Positions 28,156 through 35,834 of a stretch of 35,834 nt of DNA are shown piece after piece. Origin of the DNA: Proteobacteria bacterium UBA2996 (GTDB lineage Bacteria > Pseudomonadota > Gammaproteobacteria > Arenicellales > UBA868). The DNA lies in NCBI GenBank assembly GCA_002346525.1, contig DDZY01000037.1:1-35834 (forward strand), written 5' to 3'. Position 1 is the first letter of the stretch. The number at the start of each line of letters is the position of its first letter. The position numbers and the translations under genes were made by a program. The notes beneath the pieces are model-generated. The model made no database searches. It was not told the origin of the DNA and saw only the letters and a program-made list of their open reading frames with translations.

Positions 28156-29076
28156 TTAATGATTCTTGAATTGGTCCGAATACGATGCCTGCAGCCGACG
28201 CGCTGCAACAACCGTGTTGCGCATCAGCACAGCCACCGTCACAGGGCCCACCCCCCCAGGGACCGGTGTGATCCATCCGGCGACTTCTTTACAGGTCTCA
28301 TAGTCACAATCCCCCACAACGTGACTATGGCCGCTTTCGGACTCAACCTGGTTGATACCGATATCTACCACGACGGCTCCGGGTTTGAGCATGTCGCCCT
28401 TCAAAAGCCCCGGCTGGCCTACCGCAACGAACACGGCATCGGCCCGACGGGTATGAATCGCTACCTCCCGGGTCATATGGTGACACACGGTAACGGTAGC
28501 ACCTTCGGCCATTAGCAAAAAGGCAATCGGCTTTCCAACAATCTCCGAATGCCCTATCACGGTGACTTCAAGACCCTGTAGCGAGACGCCTGTTTCCTTG
28601 AGTAATTCAACTGCTGCCATTGCCGTGCAGGGCCCCAACTCGATGTTTCGGTAAACAATATTCCCAATGGAGGCGGGATGCATCCCTTCGACGTCTTTTA
28701 GCGGGGCGATTGTAGACTGAAGCTGTTGGATAGGCAGATGCTCAGGAACGGGTCGCTGCAGGATAATGCCTGTTACGCCAGGGTCAACATTGAGATTCAT
28801 GATCGCCGCGCGGACTTCGACTTCCGAAATATCTGCAGGGAAATTGCGCCTTCCAAAACCAATTCCTACTTTCTGTGCCGCCCGTTCCTGATTGCGGATG
28901 TACAGATCTGCCGATGGGTGCTCTCCAATCCGGATAGAAACCAGGCGGGGCTGCCAGCCCCCCTCCTGAAGATTCCCAACATCCACAGATACCTGAGACA
29001 GCATCGCAGACGCGACCGCTTTCCCGTTTATCTCGCGGTAATCCGCTCTCGTCTGCCGATTCAGATTTGCACTCAT
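28156..29076 (-). CDS. folD: Methylene-THF dehydrogenase (FolD family; cyclohydrolase Lys replaced by Gln)
   Basis: [51 protein letters not shown]; the YxxxK motif reads YIRNQ. Confidence 0.93.
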   Translation of the reverse strand: MSANLNRQTRADYREINGKAVASAMLSQVSVDVGNLQEGGWQPRLVSIRIGEHPSADLYIRNQERAAQKVGIGFGRRNFPADISEVEVRAAIMNLNVDPGVTGIILQRPVPEHLPIQQLQSTIAPLKDVEGMHPASIGNIVYRNIELGPCTAMAAVELLKETGVSLQGLEVTVIGHSEIVGKPIAFLLMAEGATVTVCHHMTREVAIHTRRADAVFVAVGQPGLLKGDMLKPGAVVVDIGINQVESESGHSHVVGDCDYETCKEVAGWITPVPGGVGPVTVAVLMRNTVVAARRLQASYSDQFKNH

Positions 29077-29332
29077 TCTTGGGCTACCGTCCTAATGACG
29101 TTCGGTCAAACCGGCAACTGGCGTACAATCTTATTTTGCAGCCGAGCGCGTGCTTTTCCTCAAGCGTCCCGAACTTAGCAGTCTAGGCCAAGCAGCAGCC
29201 CGATCGTCGAGAGCCTGCCTATGCGGTGATAACCTGGTATAAACAACCGGCGCGGAGCAGACCGGAGGTTCGGATTCCGAAATACCACTTTTACTCCCTG
29301 CTGGCCGCGCTAATCCCTCCCGGGCGAGCAAC

Positions 29333-29722
29333 TCAGAACTTTGCGTAAGCTTTCCTGAGATCCACCATCGGATGCTTGGGCGACATCTGGAACTTGATCA
29401 GAAGCTCCCGAGCAATCATATCCCGATCCTGCTGGTTGTCAGGCAAATCAATCTCTTCTGGAATCGTGACCCAACCATTGATGTTTCTGTCAAATACAGC
29501 CGGTCGGCTTTCCTCGTAACCCATATGGACATCTTCGAGCCAGTTGAGGTCAGTCCAACCCATCGTCTCAATGTAGTTTTTGAGAAACGGAGTCAGCCGT
29601 TCGTAGTCGGGCACCAGATTGACGTCGTAGCGATATCCGATGTGCTGACCAATGGTCTGCTCCCGCTCCGAGTCCAGGCCATCGCCTTTGATGAAATGAT
29701 TGATATCTTTTTCGTATGCCAT
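29333..29722 (-). CDS. Hypothetical 129-aa acidic soluble protein at end of module 2
   Basis: SD GAGGA overlapping the mgsC stop, 10-nt gap, protein-like composition; no family recognised. Confidence 0.8.
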   Translation of the reverse strand: MAYEKDINHFIKGDGLDSEREQTIGQHIGYRYDVNLVPDYERLTPFLKNYIETMGWTDLNWLEDVHMGYEESRPAVFDRNINGWVTIPEEIDLPDNQQDRDMIARELLIKFQMSPKHPMVDLRKAYAKF

Positions 29723-29732
29723 GTGCTTATCC

Positions 29733-31070
29733 TCAGAAACGCGTCATGTCAGGACGACCGACGGTGTGCTGTGAGCCGGCCAGGGGCACCTGCGCCAGTG
29801 CTGACGCTTCCATCGTCAGCGCCGCAAGATCCTCAGGCTCCAGAGAATGGACATTGGTTTTGCCGCAGGCCCGGGCCAGCATCTGACACTCGATTGCGAG
29901 CGTGTGCAGGAAGTTATAGACCCGTTCCGCTGCGGCGTCCGGATCGAGCCGCTTGCGCAACTCGGGATCCTGTGTGGCTACGCCCACAGGGCAACGTCCA
30001 GTGTGGCAGTGATAGCACTGGCCCGCTTCAACACCCATCTCTTTTTCAAAGTCTGCTTCAGGGATATCCTTGTTGCAGTTAAGGGCCATCATCGCGGAAT
30101 GTCCGATTGCCACAGCGTCAGCACCCAGGGCCAGTGCTTTGGCGACATCGCCTCCATTTCGGATTCCTCCGGCATACACCAATGAAATATCCCCGGACTT
30201 GCCGACGTCTTCCAGCGCCCTGCGGGCCTGACGAATGGCAGCAATTCCTGGTACGCCCGTTTCCTCGGTGGCGAGGTGGGGTCCGGCACCAGTGCCGCCT
30301 TCCATTCCATCAATGTAGATTGAGTCCGGATCCGTCTTGGCTGCCATCCGCACGTCGTCATAGACCCGAGCGGCACCCAGCTTGAGCTGAATCGGAATCT
30401 CCCAATTGGTGGCTTCACGAATCTCCTGAATCTTGAGCGCAAGATCGTCGGGACCGAGCCAATCGGGATGACGTGCTGGTGAACGCTGATCGATGCCGGC
30501 CGGCAAAGAACGCATCTCGGCAACCTGATCGGTCACCTTCTGTCCCATCAGGTGGCCGCCCAAGCCGACCTTGCAGCCTTGGCCGATAAAGAACTCACAG
30601 CCATCTGCCAAACGGAGATGATGCGGGTTAAAGCCGTAGCGGGACTGGATACACTGATAGAACCATTTTTCCGAATAACGACGTTCGTCAGGAATCATGC
30701 CGCCTTCGCCCGAGCAAGTCGCGGTGCCGGCCATGGTGGCGCCACGAGCGAGAGCCGTCTTGGCTTCATACGAAAGGGCGCCAAAACTCATTCCGGTGAT
30801 ATAGATCGGAATATCAAGCTCCAAGGGCCGTTTTGCCCGGGGACCAATGACGGTCTTGGTTAAACATTTTTCCCGATACCCCTCGATGACGAACCGCGTC
30901 AGGGTACCGGGAAGAAAAGTCAGGTCATCCCAACTTGGGATCTTCTTAAAGAGAGAGAATCCGCGCATCCGATAGCGGCCCAGTTCCGCCTTGACGTGGA
31001 TATCGTCAATGACCTCCGGCGGAAACATGAAACTGCTGCCGATAACGTCGGTATTTCTTTTCGTTGCCAT
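29733..31070 (-). CDS. mgsC: FMN-binding glutamate synthase family protein, MgsC-like (module 2)
   Basis: WDDLTFLP, EGYREKC, GMSFGALS, SGEGG, GQKV..VAEMRSLPAGIDQRSPARHPDW.GPDDL, AGGIRNGGD, CYHCHTGRCPVGVATQDP, ARACGK..VHSLEPEDL. Confidence 0.8.
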   Translation of the reverse strand: MATKRNTDVIGSSFMFPPEVIDDIHVKAELGRYRMRGFSLFKKIPSWDDLTFLPGTLTRFVIEGYREKCLTKTVIGPRAKRPLELDIPIYITGMSFGALSYEAKTALARGATMAGTATCSGEGGMIPDERRYSEKWFYQCIQSRYGFNPHHLRLADGCEFFIGQGCKVGLGGHLMGQKVTDQVAEMRSLPAGIDQRSPARHPDWLGPDDLALKIQEIREATNWEIPIQLKLGAARVYDDVRMAAKTDPDSIYIDGMEGGTGAGPHLATEETGVPGIAAIRQARRALEDVGKSGDISLVYAGGIRNGGDVAKALALGADAVAIGHSAMMALNCNKDIPEADFEKEMGVEAGQCYHCHTGRCPVGVATQDPELRKRLDPDAAAERVYNFLHTLAIECQMLARACGKTNVHSLEPEDLAALTMEASALAQVPLAGSQHTVGRPDMTRF

Positions 31071-31103
31071 GATATTTCTTCCTTTATCGAATATCGAGCT
31101 GAT

Positions 31104-31949
31104 TTAGAGCACCAGTTTCTTTTCGGTGGGCTCAAGATTGTCGTAGTTCCAAAGCTGTTTGCCGGAGACAATCTTGGTCATGTTTTCGACGCCGTTGGGC
31201 GCTTCCAACCCGTACTGAGCGAGTTTGCGGGTGAGCCACTCACGATCAAGATCCGTCATCTCCCCTTCCACTGCGTCAACCCCCAGGTCGGCGATGCTAC
31301 CTCCCACATAGATCGTGCCGTCGTACATCGAGTCACCGAGGTTTTTGCCGGCATCGCCGAGAATCACCATACGGCCTCGCTGCATCATGAATCCGGAAAA
31401 GGCGCCGGCACGGCCGCCAACGATAATGGTGCCGCCTTTCTGGTCGATACCGGTTCTACTGCCGACGTCGCCTTTGCAGACGAGATCGCCGCCACGGATT
31501 GCGGCGCCGAAAGTCGAACCGCCGTTCTTTTCGATCAGCACGGTCCCGGCCATCATGTTCTCACCGCAGGACCAGCCAACACGTCCACTCACCGTCACGT
31601 TAGGACCGTCAAGCAGGCCGCAACCAAAATAGCCCAGGCTGCCGTCAAAATGAAGATTCAGCCGACTCAGAATGCCCACGCCAAGAGAGTGCTTGGCTCC
31701 GGGGTTCCGCACAGTAATCGTGCCAATTCCCTCGGACATCAATCGTCGGATTTCGGCATTCACTTCCTGCTGATTAAGAGATTCGGCGTCGATCTCGCCG
31801 CTTTTCTCAAAGTCCACGACTGGCGCCCACGGGTAAACCAGATTGCCTGACTCTTCTGCTGAAAAAAAGACTTGCTGAGTTCTGCCGCTCAACTGCTCAG
31901 TGTGCATGCCCAGTTCATAGGACTCATGGGCCTGGTCTAGCTCTGCCAT
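31104..31949 (-). CDS. mgsB: GXGXG (GltB3/FmdC-like) protein, MgsB-like (module 2)
   Basis: NPGAKHSLGVG, GSLGYFGCG, GRVGWSCGENMMAG, GDVGSRTGIDQKGG, LGDSMYDG; about 50-aa N-terminal extension relative to the module-1 MgsB domain. Confidence 0.8.
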   Translation of the reverse strand: MAELDQAHESYELGMHTEQLSGRTQQVFFSAEESGNLVYPWAPVVDFEKSGEIDAESLNQQEVNAEIRRLMSEGIGTITVRNPGAKHSLGVGILSRLNLHFDGSLGYFGCGLLDGPNVTVSGRVGWSCGENMMAGTVLIEKNGGSTFGAAIRGGDLVCKGDVGSRTGIDQKGGTIIVGGRAGAFSGFMMQRGRMVILGDAGKNLGDSMYDGTIYVGGSIADLGVDAVEGEMTDLDREWLTRKLAQYGLEAPNGVENMTKIVSGKQLWNYDNLEPTEKKLVL

Positions 31950-32872
31950 ACCATCACCTCTCCTTCATAAGGATCGTAAGTATCAATTTCATGCGGGAAG
32001 ACGCTGCGGATGGCTACTTCTTCTGATGCCAACGCAACAAAGTCGTCGCTTTCATAAAGCACCATCGGCTTGGCGGCCATCACATCCTTGGCCATACCCA
32101 GCTTGTCTGACGTCGCCACGACGTACGTGAACACCCCATCCAGTTCGTCCACAGATCGGTGCATCGCTTCCTCAAGGTCTTCCCCGCGCTCCATCCGGTC
32201 TGCCAGATAGACGGCGATCAGTTCAGAGTCGCAGTTGGACATGAAGCGATGACCGCGACGCTCCATTTCACGACGAAACCCCCAATAGTTGGTCAACTGG
32301 CCGTTGTGCACGACCGAGATGTCGTTGAAAGGGTAAGCCCAATACGGGTGTGCCGAACGGATATCCACATCGGACTCGGTCGCCATTCGGGTATGTCCGA
32401 TGGCGTGGGTACCACCGAACTCCCCGAGGCCATATTGGCTCGAGACCACGGTCGCATCTCCCAGATCCTTGACCAATTCAAGTGCATTGCCGATAGAAAG
32501 AATCTCGGCTCCCTCTATGTCTTCGACGTAGTCCGCGAGTTTTTTCATATCCCCGTCATAGGAGATCCAATAACGGTACGCATACTCAGTAGCCTCTTCT
32601 TCGCTGACGCGGCGCGCGCCCAGTTCATCAAGACGTCGATCAACCTCTGCTCTGCGCTCGCGAACCTGATCGTGAATCTGGAAACCGTGACGCATATCTT
32701 CCTGTTCTGCGACCTTGAACCGCAGTACGTGCTCTCCAGACTTGGGGTTGCCGTAGAGCGCGAAGCCCGTGGAATCCGGGCCTCGATGCTTAAGCGACTG
32801 CAGCATGTCCGTCAACTCTCGGCCGACGTTGCTGCTTTTACCCCGGTGAATCAAACCGGCTATCCCGCACAT
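31937..32872 (-). CDS. mgsA: Class II (Ntn) glutamine amidotransferase, MgsA-like (module 2)
   Basis: MCGIAG, HRGPDSTG, GHTRMATES, AHPYW, VHNGQLTNY, DSELIA; clear paralogue of 13816-14733. Confidence 0.8.
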   Translation of the reverse strand: MCGIAGLIHRGKSSNVGRELTDMLQSLKHRGPDSTGFALYGNPKSGEHVLRFKVAEQEDMRHGFQIHDQVRERRAEVDRRLDELGARRVSEEEATEYAYRYWISYDGDMKKLADYVEDIEGAEILSIGNALELVKDLGDATVVSSQYGLGEFGGTHAIGHTRMATESDVDIRSAHPYWAYPFNDISVVHNGQLTNYWGFRREMERRGHRFMSNCDSELIAVYLADRMERGEDLEEAMHRSVDELDGVFTYVVATSDKLGMAKDVMAAKPMVLYESDDFVALASEEVAIRSVFPHEIDTYDPYEGEVMVWQS

Positions 32873-32923
32873 AGGGCCTTAACCTCCGTATAAGTCATTG
32901 TTGAGATACAAGATTCGGGTCCC

Positions 32924-32955
32924 CAACGCGACGGCGCGGTTGCGCCGGCGCGTTG
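32924..32955. other. Intergenic GC-rich stem-loop between GS-like gene and mgsA-like gene
   Basis: CAACGCG-a-CGGCGC-ggtt-GCGCCG-g-CGCGTTG with no U-tract; possible mRNA stabilising or processing element. Confidence 0.55.
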
Positions 32956-32967
32956 CGGATCGTTCGT

Positions 32968-34434
32968 TTAGGGCAGGCAATCCAGATAGGTTTCCATGTC
33001 CCATTCGGTGGTGGTATGCATAAAGCGCTCCCACTCATCGTTTTTGTACCAGTGAAAGATCTTGTACATATCGTCTGGCATAGCCGACTTAATAACGTCG
33101 TCATCAGCCAACCGGTCAAGCGCCTCGCCCAGAGACATCGGCAACTTTTTGACCTGCTTTCCGGCCTCCATGGCTTGATAAATATTGCGGTTCTCCGGCT
33201 GGCCCGGATCAATATCGTTGTCGATACCGTCTTCAAAAGTCTTGAGCAGTGCGCTACCCATCAGGTACGGATTCACCATGGAGTCGACCGCGCGATATTC
33301 AAAGCGTCCTGGAGCCGATACGCGCAGACCCGTAGTACGGTTCTGGTAACCCCAATCCGCAAAAACCGGCGCCCAGAATCCCGTATCCCAAAGACGGCGG
33401 TACGAGTTCACAGTGGAGCAGCCGATCGCGGTCAGTGCACCCAGATGATTTACGATACCGCCGACACACTGCAGGCCGACCTTGCCCGGCATCTGCAGAT
33501 CATCCGTATCCGGCATAAAAAGATTCTCGCCGCCACTGCGATAGGTAAACACGGCATCCATACCCGGCAGCGTGTCGTTATGCAGCCGGTTGATACTTTC
33601 TTCACCGCCTCGCCAAAGAGAGATATTCGTGTGACAGCCGTTCGCTGACACCCCCATGAATGGTTTCGTCATGAAACAAGCAATGAGATTGTTTTCCCTC
33701 GCAACCTGCGCGCAAATTTGCCGATAAGTCGCAAGCCGATCGGCATTTCGTGTGACGTCATCAAATGTCCAATTCAATTCCAGTTGACCGGGCGCATCCT
33801 CGTGATCGCCCTGAATCATATCCATCCCCATCGCATAACAGTATTCGATGACTTGCATAAATACAGGTCTCAGCGACTCAAACTGATCGATGTGGTAGCA
33901 ATACGGATTAGAGAATCCACCGTCCGGCTTGCCGTCCTCTCCTCGTTTCAGCCACATCATTTCCGGTTCTGTCCCGACCCGGAAATCCATGTCGTACTTT
34001 TCCTTGAACTGGGAGTGGAAACGCTTGAGATTGCCTCGACAATCGGAGGTCAGGGCCATGCCCGGGTTTTCACGTTCTTCTCGGTTCCGGAAACATACGC
34101 AGAAGACTCGAGCCACCCGTTTGTCCCAGGGCAACTGACAAAACGTGTCTGGATCAGGAATGCCGACTAGTTCCATCGACTCGGGACCATACCCGATGTA
34201 ATCTCCATGCCGGTCGACAAAAAGATTCGCCGTCGAGCCGTACACCAACTGGAATCCACGCTCGGCCGTACGTTCCCAGTGATCTGCGGGGATACCCTTT
34301 CCGACGATTCGGCCAGTCACTGAAATGAATTGATAATAAATGTAGCTGATACCCAGCTCATTGATTTTCTCGCGGACCTGCTTTACGAGATCATCCCGTC
34401 CCGGCTGCGCAACATAGGCTTCAAGATCTGTCAT
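32968..34434 (-). CDS. Divergent glutamine synthetase-family gamma-glutamyl ligase (module 2)
   Basis: GTEPEMMWL, DHEDAPGQLE, FMTKPF..ANGCHTNISL, TVNSYRRL, FWAP, QNRT, RFEYRAVD..VNPYL. N-terminal domain differs markedly from gmaS. Confidence 0.88.
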   Translation of the reverse strand: MTDLEAYVAQPGRDDLVKQVREKINELGISYIYYQFISVTGRIVGKGIPADHWERTAERGFQLVYGSTANLFVDRHGDYIGYGPESMELVGIPDPDTFCQLPWDKRVARVFCVCFRNREERENPGMALTSDCRGNLKRFHSQFKEKYDMDFRVGTEPEMMWLKRGEDGKPDGGFSNPYCYHIDQFESLRPVFMQVIEYCYAMGMDMIQGDHEDAPGQLELNWTFDDVTRNADRLATYRQICAQVARENNLIACFMTKPFMGVSANGCHTNISLWRGGEESINRLHNDTLPGMDAVFTYRSGGENLFMPDTDDLQMPGKVGLQCVGGIVNHLGALTAIGCSTVNSYRRLWDTGFWAPVFADWGYQNRTTGLRVSAPGRFEYRAVDSMVNPYLMGSALLKTFEDGIDNDIDPGQPENRNIYQAMEAGKQVKKLPMSLGEALDRLADDDVIKSAMPDDMYKIFHWYKNDEWERFMHTTTEWDMETYLDCLP

Positions 34435-34546
34435 TTTTATTCCTCTCCTTATTTAGGTTTTCGAATTAGGTTTTCGATCAGTTTCGTTTTTTCAGTCGTT
34501 ACCGCTTTTTCATCGTTTTCCGTTTGTTGTTTGTGTGGAATCCTTA

Positions 34547-35834
34547 TCAACTCCAAGGGAACGGACTATTGGATACCGGGTGCAAATTACCCTGCGCGTA
34601 CCTTGAGAACCTGAAAGGTTCGAGCAACGCGCTTGTGGTTCCGGCGATCTCTTCTGCAACGAGCTTGCCTACCCCCAGCATCTTGTACCCGTGGTTGGAG
34701 TCTGCAATCACATAGCAGTTCTCACAAAACACATCAAATACCGGAAAGCTATCCGGGGTGAACGCACCGATACCGCCAGACGGCTCATCCTTGTACTTTG
34801 GGGTCTGCCCTTCAAAACGTTTCTGGCAGTGAGCGAGTGCTGAGCACCACATGTGCGCAAACTCGGCCCCCACAACAAAATCGGGCGAGTCCGGTCCGTA
34901 CGGATCCACCGCCACCTTGTCCGGCTCGGTCGGCACCTTAAAGGGCGCGGCTCCTCCTTGAATTCCGTTAAAGTGGAAATCCGGTTTGTAGTAGATGCCC
35001 CACATCTTGTCTGTAATGACCGACCCGTCGACATCCGAGATCAGCGGCGCATCAGAGTCGACATGGATCACGGGCGGCATCTCACCGTCGTTAGTGCGCT
35101 GAATTTTGGGATCCACTCCCAAGGTACCTTCCTGCAGTGACCAAAAAATCCACATCGGAATGTCATGATGCATCTCACCGTCCGATCCCTTGATGCTCAC
35201 CGCGCGAGGCAACTCAAGCATTTCCCACAGACTCTTCACCCAGGGACCTGCCGCGAGCACAACGTAGTCACATTCAATTGTTCCCCGGTCCGTAACAACT
35301 GCGGTGACGGCGCCGCTGCCATTACCGCGCTCGAATCCCTGGACAGTCGCACCCGTCAGAATTCGAACACCCTCCCCTTCAGCCTTGCCGGCCAGGCCAT
35401 ACATGGCACGGGTATTGTTCGAATAGCCACCTGGCTTTTCATGCAGTACCGACGTGATGCCCTGGGCCTGCCAGTCGTCAAAGAGGTCCCGCATGTACTC
35501 AGCGGACTCTTTGGCGCCCTCAATGAAAACCGACTCGTAACCGATATCCTTTTGTTGTTCGGCGATGGTCGAGACGTCCTCACGCATGACCTCCGGGCTG
35601 ATCTGCATGTAACCGACCGGATGGTAACTATAGGCTTCGGGATCGCTCTCCCAAACCTTTACGCTATGCGCCATCAGTTCGCGCATGGCCGGCTGGTAAT
35701 AGTTGTTGCGCACAACGCCACAGGCAATGCCTGATGCGCCAGCAGCGATAGCGGTTTTGTCGACGACGAGGATGTCCGACCCATCGCCTTCGCCTTTTCT
35801 TTTGAGCTGCAGGGCAAGGTGATACGCGGTACTC
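34547..35834 (-). CDS. DAO-family FAD-dependent oxidoreductase (sarcosine oxidase beta / MgdA-like, divergent); 5' end outside window
   Basis: Frame stays open to the window edge (STAYHLA...ILVVDKTAIAAGASGIACGVVRNNY); VVTDRGTIECDYVVLAAGPW, FTPDSFPV, HGYKM, FRFSRY. Confidence 0.85.
   Translation of the reverse strand, partial: STAYHLALQLKRKGEGDGSDILVVDKTAIAAGASGIACGVVRNNYYQPAMRELMAHSVKVWESDPEAYSYHPVGYMQISPEVMREDVSTIAEQQKDIGYESVFIEGAKESAEYMRDLFDDWQAQGITSVLHEKPGGYSNNTRAMYGLAGKAEGEGVRILTGATVQGFERGNGSGAVTAVVTDRGTIECDYVVLAAGPWVKSLWEMLELPRAVSIKGSDGEMHHDIPMWIFWSLQEGTLGVDPKIQRTNDGEMPPVIHVDSDAPLISDVDGSVITDKMWGIYYKPDFHFNGIQGGAAPFKVPTEPDKVAVDPYGPDSPDFVVGAEFAHMWCSALAHCQKRFEGQTPKYKDEPSGGIGAFTPDSFPVFDVFCENCYVIADSNHGYKMLGVGKLVAEEIAGTTSALLEPFRFSRYAQGNLHPVSNSPFPWS

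Noticed and set aside
28130-28276. Track N-terminal extensions of fhs (also glcE 4536-4604, mgsA 14734-14814, tmoW 23159-23251)
   Set aside because: They overlap neighbouring genes or regulatory elements. The downstream starts fit better, with an SD for fhs and mgsA and family-typical N-termini.
29077-29332. THF or ZTP riboswitch, or a 66-aa ORF, upstream of folD
   Set aside because: No recognisable conserved aptamer motifs; the ORF has no SD or family signal.
1-35834. CRISPR array, IS element, prophage, rRNA or tRNA
   Set aside because: None seen: no spaced repeats, transposase or integrase motifs, or structural RNA signatures.

Overview
Bacterial chromosome segment; the ribosomal protein sequences look gammaproteobacterial. 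The left ~6.5 kb holds housekeeping and ordinary genes: a secreted transglutaminase-like gene running off the left edge (not in the ORF track), rpsI-rplM, glcDEF and a DUF985-type cupin. From 6579 to the right edge is a ~29 kb methylated-amine catabolism cluster. It contains trimethylamine monooxygenase (tmm), TMAO demethylase (tdm), a TMAO ABC transporter (tmoXWV), a divergent Amt transporter with a small membrane partner, folD and fhs, and two separate gamma-glutamylation / N-methylglutamate-synthase-like modules. Module 1 is mgsA-like, an MgsB-MgsC fusion, an 846-aa GltD-like NAD(P)H flavo-FeS protein fused to a degenerate MgsC-like barrel, an XRE regulator, gmaS and a class I amidotransferase. 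It looks like a reductive 'methylamine GS-GOGAT'. Module 2 is a DAO-family flavoprotein, a divergent 488-aa GS-like ligase, mgsABC-like genes and an unknown 129-aa protein. It is a candidate for handling dimethylamine, since no dmmDABC genes appear in the window. Also seen: an internally deleted remnant of a third GS-family gene, a FolD with a YxxxK-to-YxxxQ change, a structured leader upstream of amt, and a promoter with tandem operator-like palindromes. All functional calls come from motif recognition, with no database search.
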